Source of the DNA: Candidatus Omnitrophota bacterium
Lineage (GTDB): Bacteria > Omnitrophota > Gorgyraeia > Zapsychrales > Fredricksoniimonadaceae
Length of the DNA stretch: 64,000 nt
Direction: 5' to 3'
Assembly (NCBI GenBank): GCA_903944345.1
Contig: CAJARJ010000009.1
Location: 65,875-129,874 of the forward strand
Below, piece after piece: positions 49,882 to 59,717 of the stretch. Below the pieces are notes generated by a model. It was not told where the DNA came from. It searched no databases and saw only the letters and a program-made list of their open reading frames with translations. Numbering within the stretch: the stretch's first letter is position 1; the number at the start of each line of letters is the position of its first letter. The translations under genes and the position numbers were made by a program.

Positions 49882-52383
49882 ATGAAAAAAAACATAATCC
49901 CGCATTTGCTTCCCTGGCTGCTCACCGGATGCCTGGTCTTTATAGCAGGAATTTCTGTCCGCTTGTATCCACTAACCCATAATGTCACTTCTGATGCCTA
50001 TGAAGAAGGGACCCTTCTGGTCATCAACGGCATCCGCTCGATGCTGTCCGCACAGATCAGCGCCCAATTTCCACAAATGTCGTCAACTGAAAAAGAAGCA
50101 CTGGTTTCCAGCCGGCTCAACGAAACACTCCGCCAGGAGAACACCCGGGTTCGGAAAGCTTTCGAAGATGCCAGTCTGGAACTGCTCAAACAAAAGCCGG
50201 ACTCTGAGCACTACTTACTGGCTTCAGACGGATACTATTTTCTTAATCTGACCGAGAACATTCTGGCCAAAGGTGACGTAAGCGACCTAATCAAAGGAAG
50301 CCGTTACTTTAACACCCTTATGATGGCCCCGCTTGGCTACTGGGAGCCCCATTCATGGCATCCTTATGTCGGAGCATGGATCACCCGAGCTATCCGGCTC
50401 TTTGCCCCGGAAACTTCGACCATGTCCGCCGTTGCCTGGACTCCTATTGTTCTTCTGCCTTTTGCCATCGCCGCCTTTCTTTTTGCCTGCCGCGCCTCCG
50501 GCTGCTCCGTTGTCCCTTCTTTTACTGCTGCGGTCTTTTTTATTATGGCTTCTATTTACGTCAAGCGCAGCACCTACGCCTGGTACGACAATGACTCCTA
50601 TGCGGTTATCTTCCCGGCACTAGTTCTCGGCTGTCTCTTTATGGCATTACGCAGCCTCGGTCATACCAAAAAATTTATCCTCTACAGCGCTCTGGGGGCA
50701 GCATCCCTGGCCCTTTATTCGATGTTCTGGTCCGGATGGGTTTATCTCTGGGCCCTGACGCTGATAGCCATGACTGGAATAGGAATAAAATATCTTCTGT
50801 TGTCAGATCCCCGGATTAATCGGATAGCCCTGAGCGCAGCAACCCTGCTGGTTCTGACATTGCTCCTGGTCGCACTTTTGATCGGTCTGCCGCAAATCGG
50901 TGGAGTCATTCAAGCGGCATGGGGCGAATTGCAAAAATTTACAAATCCGGCTTTCAAAAGCTGGCCAGATCTTTTTGTTGTAGTCGGCGAACTAAAAAAA
51001 GGGTCCTGGAGCGATATTGCAGAACTCGGCGGAGGGCCTATTCCTCTTTTGGGTGCAGCGGTCAGTTTATTCTTCACACTTTATCTATTCCTGCGTAAAC
51101 GCATCCCTCCTTCGGATGAAATTATTATTCTGACTGCTTTTTCTTTGGTAACCTGCATGCTTGGCCTGTCTGCCCAGCGTTTTATTATCCTCTGCCTGGT
51201 TCCTGTATCTCTTCTTTTTGCTCTCGCCCTTGAGCAATCCTACGGCGCCAGAAAGAAACTTATCCGCCTTCTGCGAATCAATAAATCCTCTCTACGCTGG
51301 CTTGAAAAAGGCCTTCTTGCTTTGATGATTCTTTCTGTTTTTGTGCCGATTATCCATGGACAGCGTGCCATTCGCTCCCTGCTTAACCCCATTTTTAATT
51401 CAGCCTGGGACCGGGCGTTGACCAAACTCGCGCAAGAAACTCCTCCCGAAAGCATCATCAATACCTGGTGGACTCCCGGGCATTTCGTCAAAGCTATTGC
51501 CAAAAGATCTGTTACTTTTGATGGCGCCAGTATTAAAGGAGAACAGGCTTACTGGCTGACCAGAATCTATCTTGCCAATGATGAACGCGCTGCACTCGGT
51601 ATCCTGCGAATGCTTAACACCAGTTCAAACCAGGCAGCGGAATACCTGCAAAGCCTTGGTCTGCCTTTATCCATGGCCGTTCCTCTGCTTCTTGAAATCA
51701 CCAAGATGCCCGAAACAACGGCCAGACAAGCCCTGCGTAAAGTTTTCCCTGAAAACGCTACCAAAGAAATCCTGCGATTAACACATACCCCGCCCCCCCC
51801 CTCTTATATGCTGATTTATAACGAAATCGCGGAAAACAACCCGATGCTCGGGTACGTCGGCAAATGGGACTTCAGCCGTATCGAAAAACTTAACCAGACG
51901 CCTGCTGCGCTTAAGAAAATCCCTGCCCGGGGATCCTCTGGCTATACCGATTTTCTCTGGGGTCTTGTCGGAGGCCCTTTTCGTCAAAGCCCGATAATGA
52001 CTATGAATGGCCGCAATGGCACAAAAGAAATCTTTGCTGACACCCTGATCATCGATACTGACACAATGACCGCTGAGGTCCGTTCCAAAACTTATGGACA
52101 AGGCATCCCTTACAGTATTGTCTATCTTGATCCACACAAAAAAATTGTCACTGAGAAACCTCTCCCGGGAGCCAGTCTTACCTATTCCGTCGTTTATTTC
52201 ACCGATCGCCAGTCAAAAAAAGCCATCCTGATGGATCGGCTTCTGGCAAATTCACTCATTGTAAAAATGTATTATTTTGAAGGGAAAGGCCTTGAATATT
52301 TCGAGCCTTTTGCACAGGAACAGGATTTAACCGGACGCACCAGGATTTTCATTTACAAAATAAACTGGCCGAAGGATTTCTGA
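49882..52383 (+). CDS. STT3/AglB/PglB-family oligosaccharyltransferase-like membrane protein (GT-C) with a variant WWTPG motif
   Basis: 833 aa with about 13 N-terminal TM segments and a ~300-aa C-terminal soluble domain. The first-loop motif SDGYYF is comparable to the PglB NDGYAF motif. NTWWTPGH occupies the WWDYG position and is followed by TFDGAS, like PglB VDGGKH. Confidence 0.5.
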   Translation: MKKNIIPHLLPWLLTGCLVFIAGISVRLYPLTHNVTSDAYEEGTLLVINGIRSMLSAQISAQFPQMSSTEKEALVSSRLNETLRQENTRVRKAFEDASLELLKQKPDSEHYLLASDGYYFLNLTENILAKGDVSDLIKGSRYFNTLMMAPLGYWEPHSWHPYVGAWITRAIRLFAPETSTMSAVAWTPIVLLPFAIAAFLFACRASGCSVVPSFTAAVFFIMASIYVKRSTYAWYDNDSYAVIFPALVLGCLFMALRSLGHTKKFILYSALGAASLALYSMFWSGWVYLWALTLIAMTGIGIKYLLLSDPRINRIALSAATLLVLTLLLVALLIGLPQIGGVIQAAWGELQKFTNPAFKSWPDLFVVVGELKKGSWSDIAELGGGPIPLLGAAVSLFFTLYLFLRKRIPPSDEIIILTAFSLVTCMLGLSAQRFIILCLVPVSLLFALALEQSYGARKKLIRLLRINKSSLRWLEKGLLALMILSVFVPIIHGQRAIRSLLNPIFNSAWDRALTKLAQETPPESIINTWWTPGHFVKAIAKRSVTFDGASIKGEQAYWLTRIYLANDERAALGILRMLNTSSNQAAEYLQSLGLPLSMAVPLLLEITKMPETTARQALRKVFPENATKEILRLTHTPPPPSYMLIYNEIAENNPMLGYVGKWDFSRIEKLNQTPAALKKIPARGSSGYTDFLWGLVGGPFRQSPIMTMNGRNGTKEIFADTLIIDTDTMTAEVRSKTYGQGIPYSIVYLDPHKKIVTEKPLPGASLTYSVVYFTDRQSKKAILMDRLLANSLIVKMYYFEGKGLEYFEPFAQEQDLTGRTRIFIYKINWPKDF

Positions 52384-52482
52384 CCCTGACTGTCCCCGAG
52401 AACAGAGAACATCAAGGTTTAAGAATCTGCTCCAAAATATCTTGTTTTTGAAAAATGTTCTGCTATTATTAATTTCTCTCGT

Positions 52483-52559
52483 GGGTCGGTAGCTCAGTTT
52501 GGGAGAGCGCCTCGTTCGCAATGAGGAGGTCGTGGGTTCGACTCCCATCCGATCCACCA
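52483..52559 (+). tRNA. tRNA-Ala (anticodon CGC)
   Basis: GGGTCGGTAGCTCAGTTTGGGAGAGCGCCTCG-TTCGCAA-TGAGGAGGTCGTGGGTTCGACTCCCATCCGATCCACCA. It has the G3:U70 Ala identity pair and an encoded CCA. Confidence 0.85.
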
Positions 52560-52626
52560 TTTTTATCCCAAACATTTCCCCAAACATGCGGCTGGTTCGA
52601 TGCTGACACTTCTTGCTGCAGAATAA

Positions 52627-54291
52627 TCACGGAAATTCATATAAATATAAACCGACACCTTTGTCTTCTTTCTGAACTACCTTTTTGGCAGAAAGATCAA
52701 ATGAACGCTTAACTATATCAATCAACGCCTGCTCCAATGGATCATGTGTTGCCACATAGAGCCAAACGCGCCCCCAACGCTCTTTACTAATCACCGGCAC
52801 ATCCTGACAGGCGAAAAGTAACTGATCTCCTCCGCTTAACAGGCGTCGGAAATGTCCTCCGGCGTCATAAACGTTATACTCATAACGCATCGGAACACAT
52901 TCCCTGCCATTACTTTTGATCGAATCCAAAGCAAATTTTACCACGCGAACACCTCGCTGCAATTCCCCCTCAAACAACCCCAACGGTTGCGCTAAGAAAC
53001 GACCGTAGCCGTAAATAGGAGCGTAATGCCAAAAAGGCTCTTGTCCGGCAGTATTAAACACCAGCAAGTCCCCTTGCCGATAATTTTCATGAAACAGCCT
53101 CAAAGCCTCTCGTGTCTCAATTTTTGCGTGTGAATGGAAAAGATAGAACCCCGCTTCCAGAAAAGAAGGAACCACCAGAACCGCAACCAAGCCCACGGTC
53201 AATACAATCCTTCTCGCAGCAGAGAATTTGCTGATTAAAGCACCGACCGCCTCTGCAATCAGAAGGATGACTCCCGGCATAAGAAACAGGATCAGCCTGC
53301 CACGGAAAGGATACTTTTCCAGCGCTGCCGCAAGCAGCGCAGCCAGAACCGGAAACAAAAACATCCAGAATCGCGCACGATCGCGCTTCCATAACAGAAC
53401 CGCCCCGCTCAAACAAAGAAATCCCGCCAAAGGTGTCACATAAATCCCGGCAGCACCTCTGAACATTTCAAGAAAAGCCTTCAACGCCCACCATATCAAA
53501 GCCGGAAGATTGGTCCAACTACCTGTATAGACCGAACCGGAAAAAGTTGACAAAATAGCGGTACTCCCTACCATTGAGGCCAGACTAAGTCTATAGATAA
53601 CAAGCAAAACCAATAGCCAAACCGCCGCAATCAGAAACAAAAGCGGCGCTGCCGCATATCTTTTACGCGCCCACATATCATCCAGCAAAATGACTCCGAA
53701 CGCTGCCAGAACAAAAAGCAGGGCATTGGACATCCAGAGCCCTGCCACACCGAAGGCAAGCAGCCATAAAAGAGCTCTGGTTTTGTACTCACAGCGACGA
53801 ATCCATTCAAAAACCCACAAAGCCAGAACCGCCATTAAAAGATCACTGGAATACTGTTTCACCTCACCTGCGTAATAGACCATCGGTTCAGCAAAAGCAA
53901 ACAGCGCCAGAGCCCAAGGCAAAACATCTCGTGAGGCGTAACGACAAAGGTAACGATAAAAAAGTATTAAAGCAAGAATCGCCGAAAAAAACGGAAAAAA
54001 GCGCAAAACCATATCTGTCGGGCCAAAAAGAGAGACCAATATCCGTTCAATCACAAGAAAAAATAGCGGCTGTTTGGGAAATTCGGGGAAGATTTCGAAA
54101 TAAGAAAAAATTTCTCCCAATGACCGGCTTGTGATACTGACCGTCAAACAAGCCTCATCCAGCCATACCGAACGGTTCTCCAGATAATGCTTTAGACGAA
54201 ATATAATTCCCAGCGACAAAATTATCCATGACAAGCGGCCCGCAAGAACATTATAAAAAGCTCTTGTTTTATCCCGAAAGAATGACATCAT
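52627..54291 (-). CDS. GT-C fold glycosyltransferase (GT39/GT83, ArnT/PMT-like)
   Basis: 554 aa and polytopic. The first periplasmic loop carries the DE motif (RSVWLDEACL). A C-terminal soluble domain is present. Confidence 0.6.
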   Translation of the reverse strand: MMSFFRDKTRAFYNVLAGRLSWIILSLGIIFRLKHYLENRSVWLDEACLTVSITSRSLGEIFSYFEIFPEFPKQPLFFLVIERILVSLFGPTDMVLRFFPFFSAILALILFYRYLCRYASRDVLPWALALFAFAEPMVYYAGEVKQYSSDLLMAVLALWVFEWIRRCEYKTRALLWLLAFGVAGLWMSNALLFVLAAFGVILLDDMWARKRYAAAPLLFLIAAVWLLVLLVIYRLSLASMVGSTAILSTFSGSVYTGSWTNLPALIWWALKAFLEMFRGAAGIYVTPLAGFLCLSGAVLLWKRDRARFWMFLFPVLAALLAAALEKYPFRGRLILFLMPGVILLIAEAVGALISKFSAARRIVLTVGLVAVLVVPSFLEAGFYLFHSHAKIETREALRLFHENYRQGDLLVFNTAGQEPFWHYAPIYGYGRFLAQPLGLFEGELQRGVRVVKFALDSIKSNGRECVPMRYEYNVYDAGGHFRRLLSGGDQLLFACQDVPVISKERWGRVWLYVATHDPLEQALIDIVKRSFDLSAKKVVQKEDKGVGLYLYEFP

Positions 54292-54306
54292 ACACTCTCC
54301 ATAGAA

Positions 54307-55128
54307 TTATAAAGCACCCCGTAACCGCACCTGGATGCCCTCTGATTTGCTGTCGGCATCGACCCGGCTCTGTCCAAAAGCATTGATCTGATCAGCAAAA
54401 AAAGAACGTTCTTGTTCGGTCCCGGTCACTAAAGGCCGACCTTTCTCTGAGACAATCTTAACCCGTTGCTTTAAAAGGTCTTCAAGCCTCACGGCCAGGT
54501 CTTCTCTCTTTCTAGAGCGAAGCGCAGTGATGGCATCCATAACCTTGAATCGCTGATTGAGGATCATATAACACAGTCCGGCTCCGTAATGAAGCATGGC
54601 ATTATCGTCGCGATTCAGATTCTTCTCAAAAAACGGCAAAGCTTCATCCGCATTGGACTGTCCTAAAAGATAAACCCAGGCCAAAGAAACCTCAATGTCC
54701 GGCTGGGAGGTCTTCAGAGCAAGTGAACGGCTTAACGCTTGAGCGGCTTGAGAAAAATCACCAGAAGAATAACAGGCCCGACCCAGATTATTCAAAGCAT
54801 CCACACTTTGAGGATCAATATCAGCAGCCAGTCTGAAATATCGGATAGATTCCCGAGTATCCGCCATTGGCCCGGATTCAAAAACAACGCCAAGGCCGTT
54901 ATAGGCTGCGGAAAACCTGGGGTCGAGTTCTATCGCTTTCTTGAAAAATTCAATAGCCTGCTCATAGGCGCCATCACGAGTAGCCATTACTCCCATTTGA
55001 TAAAAATTTTCTTTAGTCAACGACGCGGCTGCGCACAAAGAAGAAAATGAAGAATGGACGACCAGAATTGCCAGGAATATAAAAGTAGACAAACAAAACT
55101 TTTTACTAGACACAGGATTACTGAACAT
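54307..55128 (-). CDS. Secreted TPR-repeat protein
   Basis: Signal peptide; I trimmed the start to MFSNPVSSKKFCLSTFIFLAIL. At least four TPR units (AYNGLGVV, ALNNLGRACY and others). Confidence 0.65.
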   Translation of the reverse strand: MFSNPVSSKKFCLSTFIFLAILVVHSSFSSLCAAASLTKENFYQMGVMATRDGAYEQAIEFFKKAIELDPRFSAAYNGLGVVFESGPMADTRESIRYFRLAADIDPQSVDALNNLGRACYSSGDFSQAAQALSRSLALKTSQPDIEVSLAWVYLLGQSNADEALPFFEKNLNRDDNAMLHYGAGLCYMILNQRFKVMDAITALRSRKREDLAVRLEDLLKQRVKIVSEKGRPLVTGTEQERSFFADQINAFGQSRVDADSKSEGIQVRLRGAL

Positions 55129-55792
55129 TCGAAGCTTTAGACTGATCAGACGAAAGACTGTCCTTGATTCTGACCAATGTCTTGGCACTTACAGAAGGAT
55201 CTGCCCCGATCACAAGCCTTGAGATGGTCAATGTAGCCTGAACAACATCCTCGGCTTTTCCAGAGGAAACAGTCATCTTTTCAACCTTAAAAAGATTTTT
55301 CGATGATTGTAAAGCATAAATAAAACTGGTCAAATCTGTCAAGGACGCTGAACAATCCAGCGAAACCAGATACTTTAAAAAATCATCCGTATACTCCTGA
55401 CCTGCCGGGGTCAGCTTGGACATCTGCACATTGGCTTTAGTGGCCATTAATTCGACTTGCTTCAAAAAATCGGCTATGACCTCTTCTTCAGCCTTGACCT
55501 CTTGAGTGAAATAATCTCCAAAAACAGAAGCATCCTTCATAATTCGTTCGCGATAGGCCAAAAAGTGCTGATTCTGCCGAACCACATTTTGCTCTTTTTC
55601 AATGGCTTCATTAAGCTGCCGCAACCGTCCCGTAGCAGGCGAAATCAAGAGCCGATCAAAAAGTGCCGCTGTCACCGCCAATGCGGCCAATAAAAAAACT
55701 TTTTTCTCCGTTGCTGAAAGACCGGAAATAAACTTGTGAATCAAGGGTTGCTCCTTATTTATCCTGGGCGATAGAAGAATCCTGGCGCTCAA
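55118..55792 (-). CDS. gspM: GspM/PilO-like T2SS inner-membrane component
   Basis: N-terminal TM, coiled coil and periplasmic domain. Placed by position downstream of gspL. Confidence 0.5.
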   Translation of the reverse strand: MSARILLSPRINKEQPLIHKFISGLSATEKKVFLLAALAVTAALFDRLLISPATGRLRQLNEAIEKEQNVVRQNQHFLAYRERIMKDASVFGDYFTQEVKAEEEVIADFLKQVELMATKANVQMSKLTPAGQEYTDDFLKYLVSLDCSASLTDLTSFIYALQSSKNLFKVEKMTVSSGKAEDVVQATLTISRLVIGADPSVSAKTLVRIKDSLSSDQSKASNVQ

Positions 55793-57224
55793 CCGGTTGC
55801 CCGAAAGAAGATATCCCGAGAACTATCTCGAAAACAGCGACATCTTTGCTGCGTTCTTTCCTGGTTGCCGTAGACTTGGTCTTGACACTCTCAAAAAGAT
55901 CTGACTCTTCCAGACTGGTTACAAAAGAAAACACCTGGGACATTGAATCAGAAACTCCCTGCAAACTCATTGTTCCGGAAAGGTCCATACTGACATTCGA
56001 AAGATACATCTCATCTGGAACCAGTCGATAAAGCTCCCGTATGACCTCCAAAGGAATTTCACGGGCAAACATATGTTGACGCAAAATGCGCGTCTTGGCT
56101 GCCATATTTTCAAGGTTGCGGACTTCCAGCTTTTGCTCAGCGAATTTCTCGATCAAATTCTGTTTCAAAAACATGTCTCTAAAATAGACCCGGCTGGACA
56201 TTCCTCCACTGATAAAAAAAAGAAAAAGAATAACCAAAACTCCAGCTTTGAAAGTTTCCTGTCCGCGCTGGAAAACAGCTCTCTGATCTTTTATTTCCTG
56301 CGGAACAAGATCGACCTGACATTTTGAGGCATATATCGCAGGCGCGATAACGTCCAAAGCTGTGTCATCAGTAAAATCCTTGACCAAAGCATCTTTGACC
56401 TGAGCATCTGCCTGGAGCAAATTGATATAAGAAAGTCGCTCTACTTTAACGCCATATGCGGCAGTGATTGCATCAGCAATCTGGGCCAAAGAAGACTGAT
56501 TCGAAGTTAGTACAAAGCGTCCCGGCTTAAGCGGTGTCCCCTGCTGTTCATAAGCATCCAGGGAAAGTTTTAACTCGTTCATGAATTGCCCGACAGCCTC
56601 GACATCCACCGTCAGATGCTCCAGTCCAATAGGAATCGAGCGGGCAGAAAGCAACGAAGACTGATTCTCCAGCATAAAAGTCGCGCTGGTTTTTGCAAAA
56701 TCTATAATCACAACCGGAGAATCATTCTTTTTGTGCTTGAAAATAGCCGCATAAAAATGCGCAATACCTTCCGGAACAAACTGAACCGAAGTTGTCTCCA
56801 GTTTGGCACGCCGCATCAAAGCAATTTTGTCTTTAACCACATCCCGCTTGACCACAACCAGAAGCACCCGGGTGGAATTAGGCTTTGGATGCCCCAACTG
56901 AATATACCCTGTCAGAATCTCATCTTTACTAAAAGGAGTTTGCCGGGCGGCCTGCAAAGCAAGAATCGAATCCAATTCATCTTTGTCGACAGAAGGAACC
57001 TCAATACTCTTGAGAGTCACAACGTCTGCGGGAATCAGGCAGATAACACCAGCGCCTTTGGTGTTGAACCCGGACAATACGCCAAGAAGCGCTGCGTCTG
57101 CTCCGGCATTATTGATAGGACGTTTGACCAGTTTTTCAATATATCCAGAACTCCTGATCTGGGCGATCTTGAGTGTGTCGGAAGAAATTGAAATACTGAT
57201 ATATCTGGAGTATCTTAAAGACAT
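55755..57224 (-). CDS. gspL: GspL-like (PilM-like cytoplasmic actin-fold + TM + periplasmic domain)
   Basis: 489 aa, matching the domain organisation of GspL. It directly follows gspK. Confidence 0.6.
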   Translation of the reverse strand: MSLRYSRYISISISSDTLKIAQIRSSGYIEKLVKRPINNAGADAALLGVLSGFNTKGAGVICLIPADVVTLKSIEVPSVDKDELDSILALQAARQTPFSKDEILTGYIQLGHPKPNSTRVLLVVVKRDVVKDKIALMRRAKLETTSVQFVPEGIAHFYAAIFKHKKNDSPVVIIDFAKTSATFMLENQSSLLSARSIPIGLEHLTVDVEAVGQFMNELKLSLDAYEQQGTPLKPGRFVLTSNQSSLAQIADAITAAYGVKVERLSYINLLQADAQVKDALVKDFTDDTALDVIAPAIYASKCQVDLVPQEIKDQRAVFQRGQETFKAGVLVILFLFFISGGMSSRVYFRDMFLKQNLIEKFAEQKLEVRNLENMAAKTRILRQHMFAREIPLEVIRELYRLVPDEMYLSNVSMDLSGTMSLQGVSDSMSQVFSFVTSLEESDLFESVKTKSTATRKERSKDVAVFEIVLGISSFGQPVERQDSSIAQDK

Positions 57225-57288
57225 GTCACCTCACCTGTTTGATTTTTATTATATCGCAATGCTTTTTAAAGGTTCAATGGAAATCGTA

Positions 57289-58305
57289 TTATTTTTGCAC
57301 CCAAAGTTCAACCTTCCCGGTTAAAACATCGAGCACTCCAAAAATCTCCGCATTCTCAGCGTCAGGTGTCCGGCTGCGGAAAGAATATACTGTCGACTCA
57401 ACGCCGATTATCCCCCTGGAATTAAGTGCGTCTATCTGCCGGGCGGAGTCTTCCTCAAGGCCAACGAGCTTGCCCACATCCGCAGCCACATCGAACGAAC
57501 GCAGAAAAATATGGTCATCAGCAGTTGCTTCAAGACCGTCTTTGCCCCGTCTTGCCTGCAAAATCCTGTCTGTCACCATGGCCTCCAGTCCCAAAGCCAA
57601 CAGCACTGTGCGGGAAGCTGTATTAATATTAACCCTGCCATTGCCATAAATTGTAAGATATGCAGCCAGCTTTCTGAACTTCTCTGCATTCATGCCTTTA
57701 ACCAGCAACAACTCATCCAGTCGCTCGAAAGGAGATTCCTTCATCGGATAAGGGGAATCCAGATTCTGGTAATAGCTATCACTAAAAAATCCCTGCGCCG
57801 AACGCATCCCGTAATCGCGCCAGTCGAGAATATCATCCGCGAGCGTCTGCGCCTCATCCGTCATCAGACCCAAAACAAGTGAAAGAAGCCTGGACAGAAC
57901 CGTCCGGTCGGACGTGTTTAAGTTGATCTTGGCCTGCTCATCGGCAAGACCAAAAAGAAAGCCGCTTCCCGCCACCGGATCCAGCTGATAGTCAACCTGA
58001 ACTTTTAAACCGGCAACCATAATTTCAGAAAAATCAGACGAATTATTATGCCTGCGTAATTTCGCGGATAATGACGGAAAAACTCCTGAAGTTTCCACAT
58101 CGTCTGTCAGCACCGCAATAGCTTTTTTTGCTCCGGCCTGCACTGCGGCGCGAACCTGAGAACGTGACTCAAGCCTTTTGAGCATGACAATTCTTTGCCG
58201 GGCGCCCAACCCGATCGAAACGGCCAGAATTGTCAGAAAAGATAACGACCACAAGGACAATAACAATACAGCAGCATCTTTACGAAACAAGAAAACTTTC
58301 CCCAA
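57289..58305 (-). CDS. gspK: GspK minor pseudopilin
   Basis: GspK hallmark GRVNINTAS and a hydrophobic N-terminal segment (AAVLLLSLWSLSFLTILAV). The track ORF (to 58566) overlaps gspJ by 260 nt, so I trimmed to TTG at 58305, 1 nt after the gspJ stop. Confidence 0.6.
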   Translation of the reverse strand: MGKVFLFRKDAAVLLLSLWSLSFLTILAVSIGLGARQRIVMLKRLESRSQVRAAVQAGAKKAIAVLTDDVETSGVFPSLSAKLRRHNNSSDFSEIMVAGLKVQVDYQLDPVAGSGFLFGLADEQAKINLNTSDRTVLSRLLSLVLGLMTDEAQTLADDILDWRDYGMRSAQGFFSDSYYQNLDSPYPMKESPFERLDELLLVKGMNAEKFRKLAAYLTIYGNGRVNINTASRTVLLALGLEAMVTDRILQARRGKDGLEATADDHIFLRSFDVAADVGKLVGLEEDSARQIDALNSRGIIGVESTVYSFRSRTPDAENAEIFGVLDVLTGKVELWVQK

Positions 58306-58306
58306 C

Positions 58307-58891
58307 TTACACCCCCGCCGGCAAAACAAAATATCTTGCAATTTTTCTGTTTTGCTTTTGTTCCACCCATTCGACCTCAACCATAATGCCAGCCGGAAGA
58401 ATCTGCCCTTCCTTAAATGGCAGAGCCTCGGATGAACCCGGATAATAATACAAGAAACGCAGACTACTGACGCCAGGTGCAACCTGGACAGGTGTCTGCC
58501 AATTGCCATGAACCGCCCGACCATAATCAGCCTGCTGCCGCACAATCTGGCCAGAAACTTCATCATAAAAGTACCTGACCACCCCTATCTGCTCACCGGC
58601 CACTTCATCGACCCGGGAACTTTTTGCATCAGTCTTTGCGTAAATAATAGTTGGAAAAGTAAGTGCAGAGATTTCGCCTTCAACCGAAAGCGTAGAAAAA
58701 AGAAAAGCGTTGGCTGTCTCGACTGCCAACCGGTCAAAAAAGACCGTCACGGCTTCCGCCGTCCTCACAGCCTGCATCTTCTTCCATAATTTTAACCCAT
58801 TTGACAAACAAAGAAAAACAGCAAGACTGATGGAAGCTACCAGCGCCGTAACCAGCAACATTTCCAGAAGAGAAAAGCCCTGTCTTTTCAC
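58307..58891 (-). CDS. gspJ: GspJ-like minor pseudopilin
   Basis: Prepilin-type N-terminus MKRQGFSLLEMLLVTAL. Confidence 0.6.
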   Translation of the reverse strand: MKRQGFSLLEMLLVTALVASISLAVFLCLSNGLKLWKKMQAVRTAEAVTVFFDRLAVETANAFLFSTLSVEGEISALTFPTIIYAKTDAKSSRVDEVAGEQIGVVRYFYDEVSGQIVRQQADYGRAVHGNWQTPVQVAPGVSSLRFLYYYPGSSEALPFKEGQILPAGIMVEVEWVEQKQNRKIARYFVLPAGV

Positions 58892-59313
58892 TGAGCTCCC
58901 GTGTTATTGAATGAAGAAAGTCCAGAAAAGTATGCACTCCGGGAAAGAGTAAACATTCTTTCCCTCTCCTGCCAGGATACGCTCAGATCAAGTTGAAAAA
59001 CTGACAACAATGTCCCCACAGGTTTGAGGACTGCAGACAGCTGAAAACTGACGGGTCGGACACCATATCCTTCCTCGCCCCCTGACGAAGAAACATCCGC
59101 GGCATGCAAAGAGCGCAGCTCCTTTTCGATAAAGGCGGATCTGGACTCCAAAAGATTCAGCGCATAAAGACGATTTGCCAAATGCTCATTCAAATCCGCA
59201 CCGAGCAAAAACGAACGATAGATGGCTACCAGACCGGCGGAAAGAATAATGATCGCGACCATAACCTCGATAAAAGTCAGGCCGGAACAATTACTTCCAG
59301 TTCGTAATATCAT
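58888..59313 (-). CDS. GspI/GspH-like minor pseudopilin
   Basis: Prepilin motif SG/LTFIEVMVAIIIL with E at +5. I trimmed the start to MILRTGSNCSG to limit overlap with gspG. Confidence 0.5.
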   Translation of the reverse strand: MILRTGSNCSGLTFIEVMVAIIILSAGLVAIYRSFLLGADLNEHLANRLYALNLLESRSAFIEKELRSLHAADVSSSGGEEGYGVRPVSFQLSAVLKPVGTLLSVFQLDLSVSWQERERMFTLSRSAYFSGLSSFNNTGAQ

Positions 59314-59710
59314 CCGCCTCGGCATCAGCATCCTTTCCCTTGGAGAAAAGATCATAGTCAGTTCTGTGCGCCCCGGGAGCCTGATAAACATAGGCATTGT
59401 TCCAGGGATCAAGCGGATCTTTTTCTAAATAGGGACCCTGCCAGTTTCTGGGAACAGGGGCCAGCGATGATTTCTCCCGCAATGCTCTAAGTCCCTGGGA
59501 AGTTGTCGGGAAAGATCCATTGTCAAGTTCATAAAGCTTGAGCGCCGTGGCAATATTAGTCTGGATATCGGCTTTAGCCACAGCAATCAGGGCTTGCTCC
59601 GACCGACCGGACAGACGCGGCATGATCATGGCCGCCAAAGCCCCGATTATAACTACAACCAGCATAATCTCCACCAAAGTAAAACCCTGGTCATTATTCT
59701 TCATACCCAA
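59291..59710 (-). CDS. gspG: GspG major pseudopilin
   Basis: MGMKNNDQGFTLVEIMLVVVIIGALAAMIMP ... NWQGPYL...DPWNNAY; a classic GspG. Confidence 0.85.
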   Translation of the reverse strand: MGMKNNDQGFTLVEIMLVVVIIGALAAMIMPRLSGRSEQALIAVAKADIQTNIATALKLYELDNGSFPTTSQGLRALREKSSLAPVPRNWQGPYLEKDPLDPWNNAYVYQAPGAHRTDYDLFSKGKDADAEADDITNWK

Positions 59711-59717
59711 CCTCCGG

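Noticed and set aside
52327-52587. 86-aa minus-strand ORF
   Set aside because: Antisense to tRNA-Ala(CGC). No ribosome-binding site and no coding character.
58306-58566. N-terminal 87 aa of the track ORF for gspK (MMKFLARLCG...)
   Set aside because: It would overlap gspJ by 260 nt on the same strand, and the sequence is low-complexity and Arg/Cys-rich. A TTG 1 nt after the gspJ stop gives a canonical GspK N-terminus.
59314-59412. N-terminal 33 aa of the track ORF for the GspI/H-like pseudopilin
   Set aside because: It would overlap gspG by 122 nt. An internal Met gives a normal prepilin leader.
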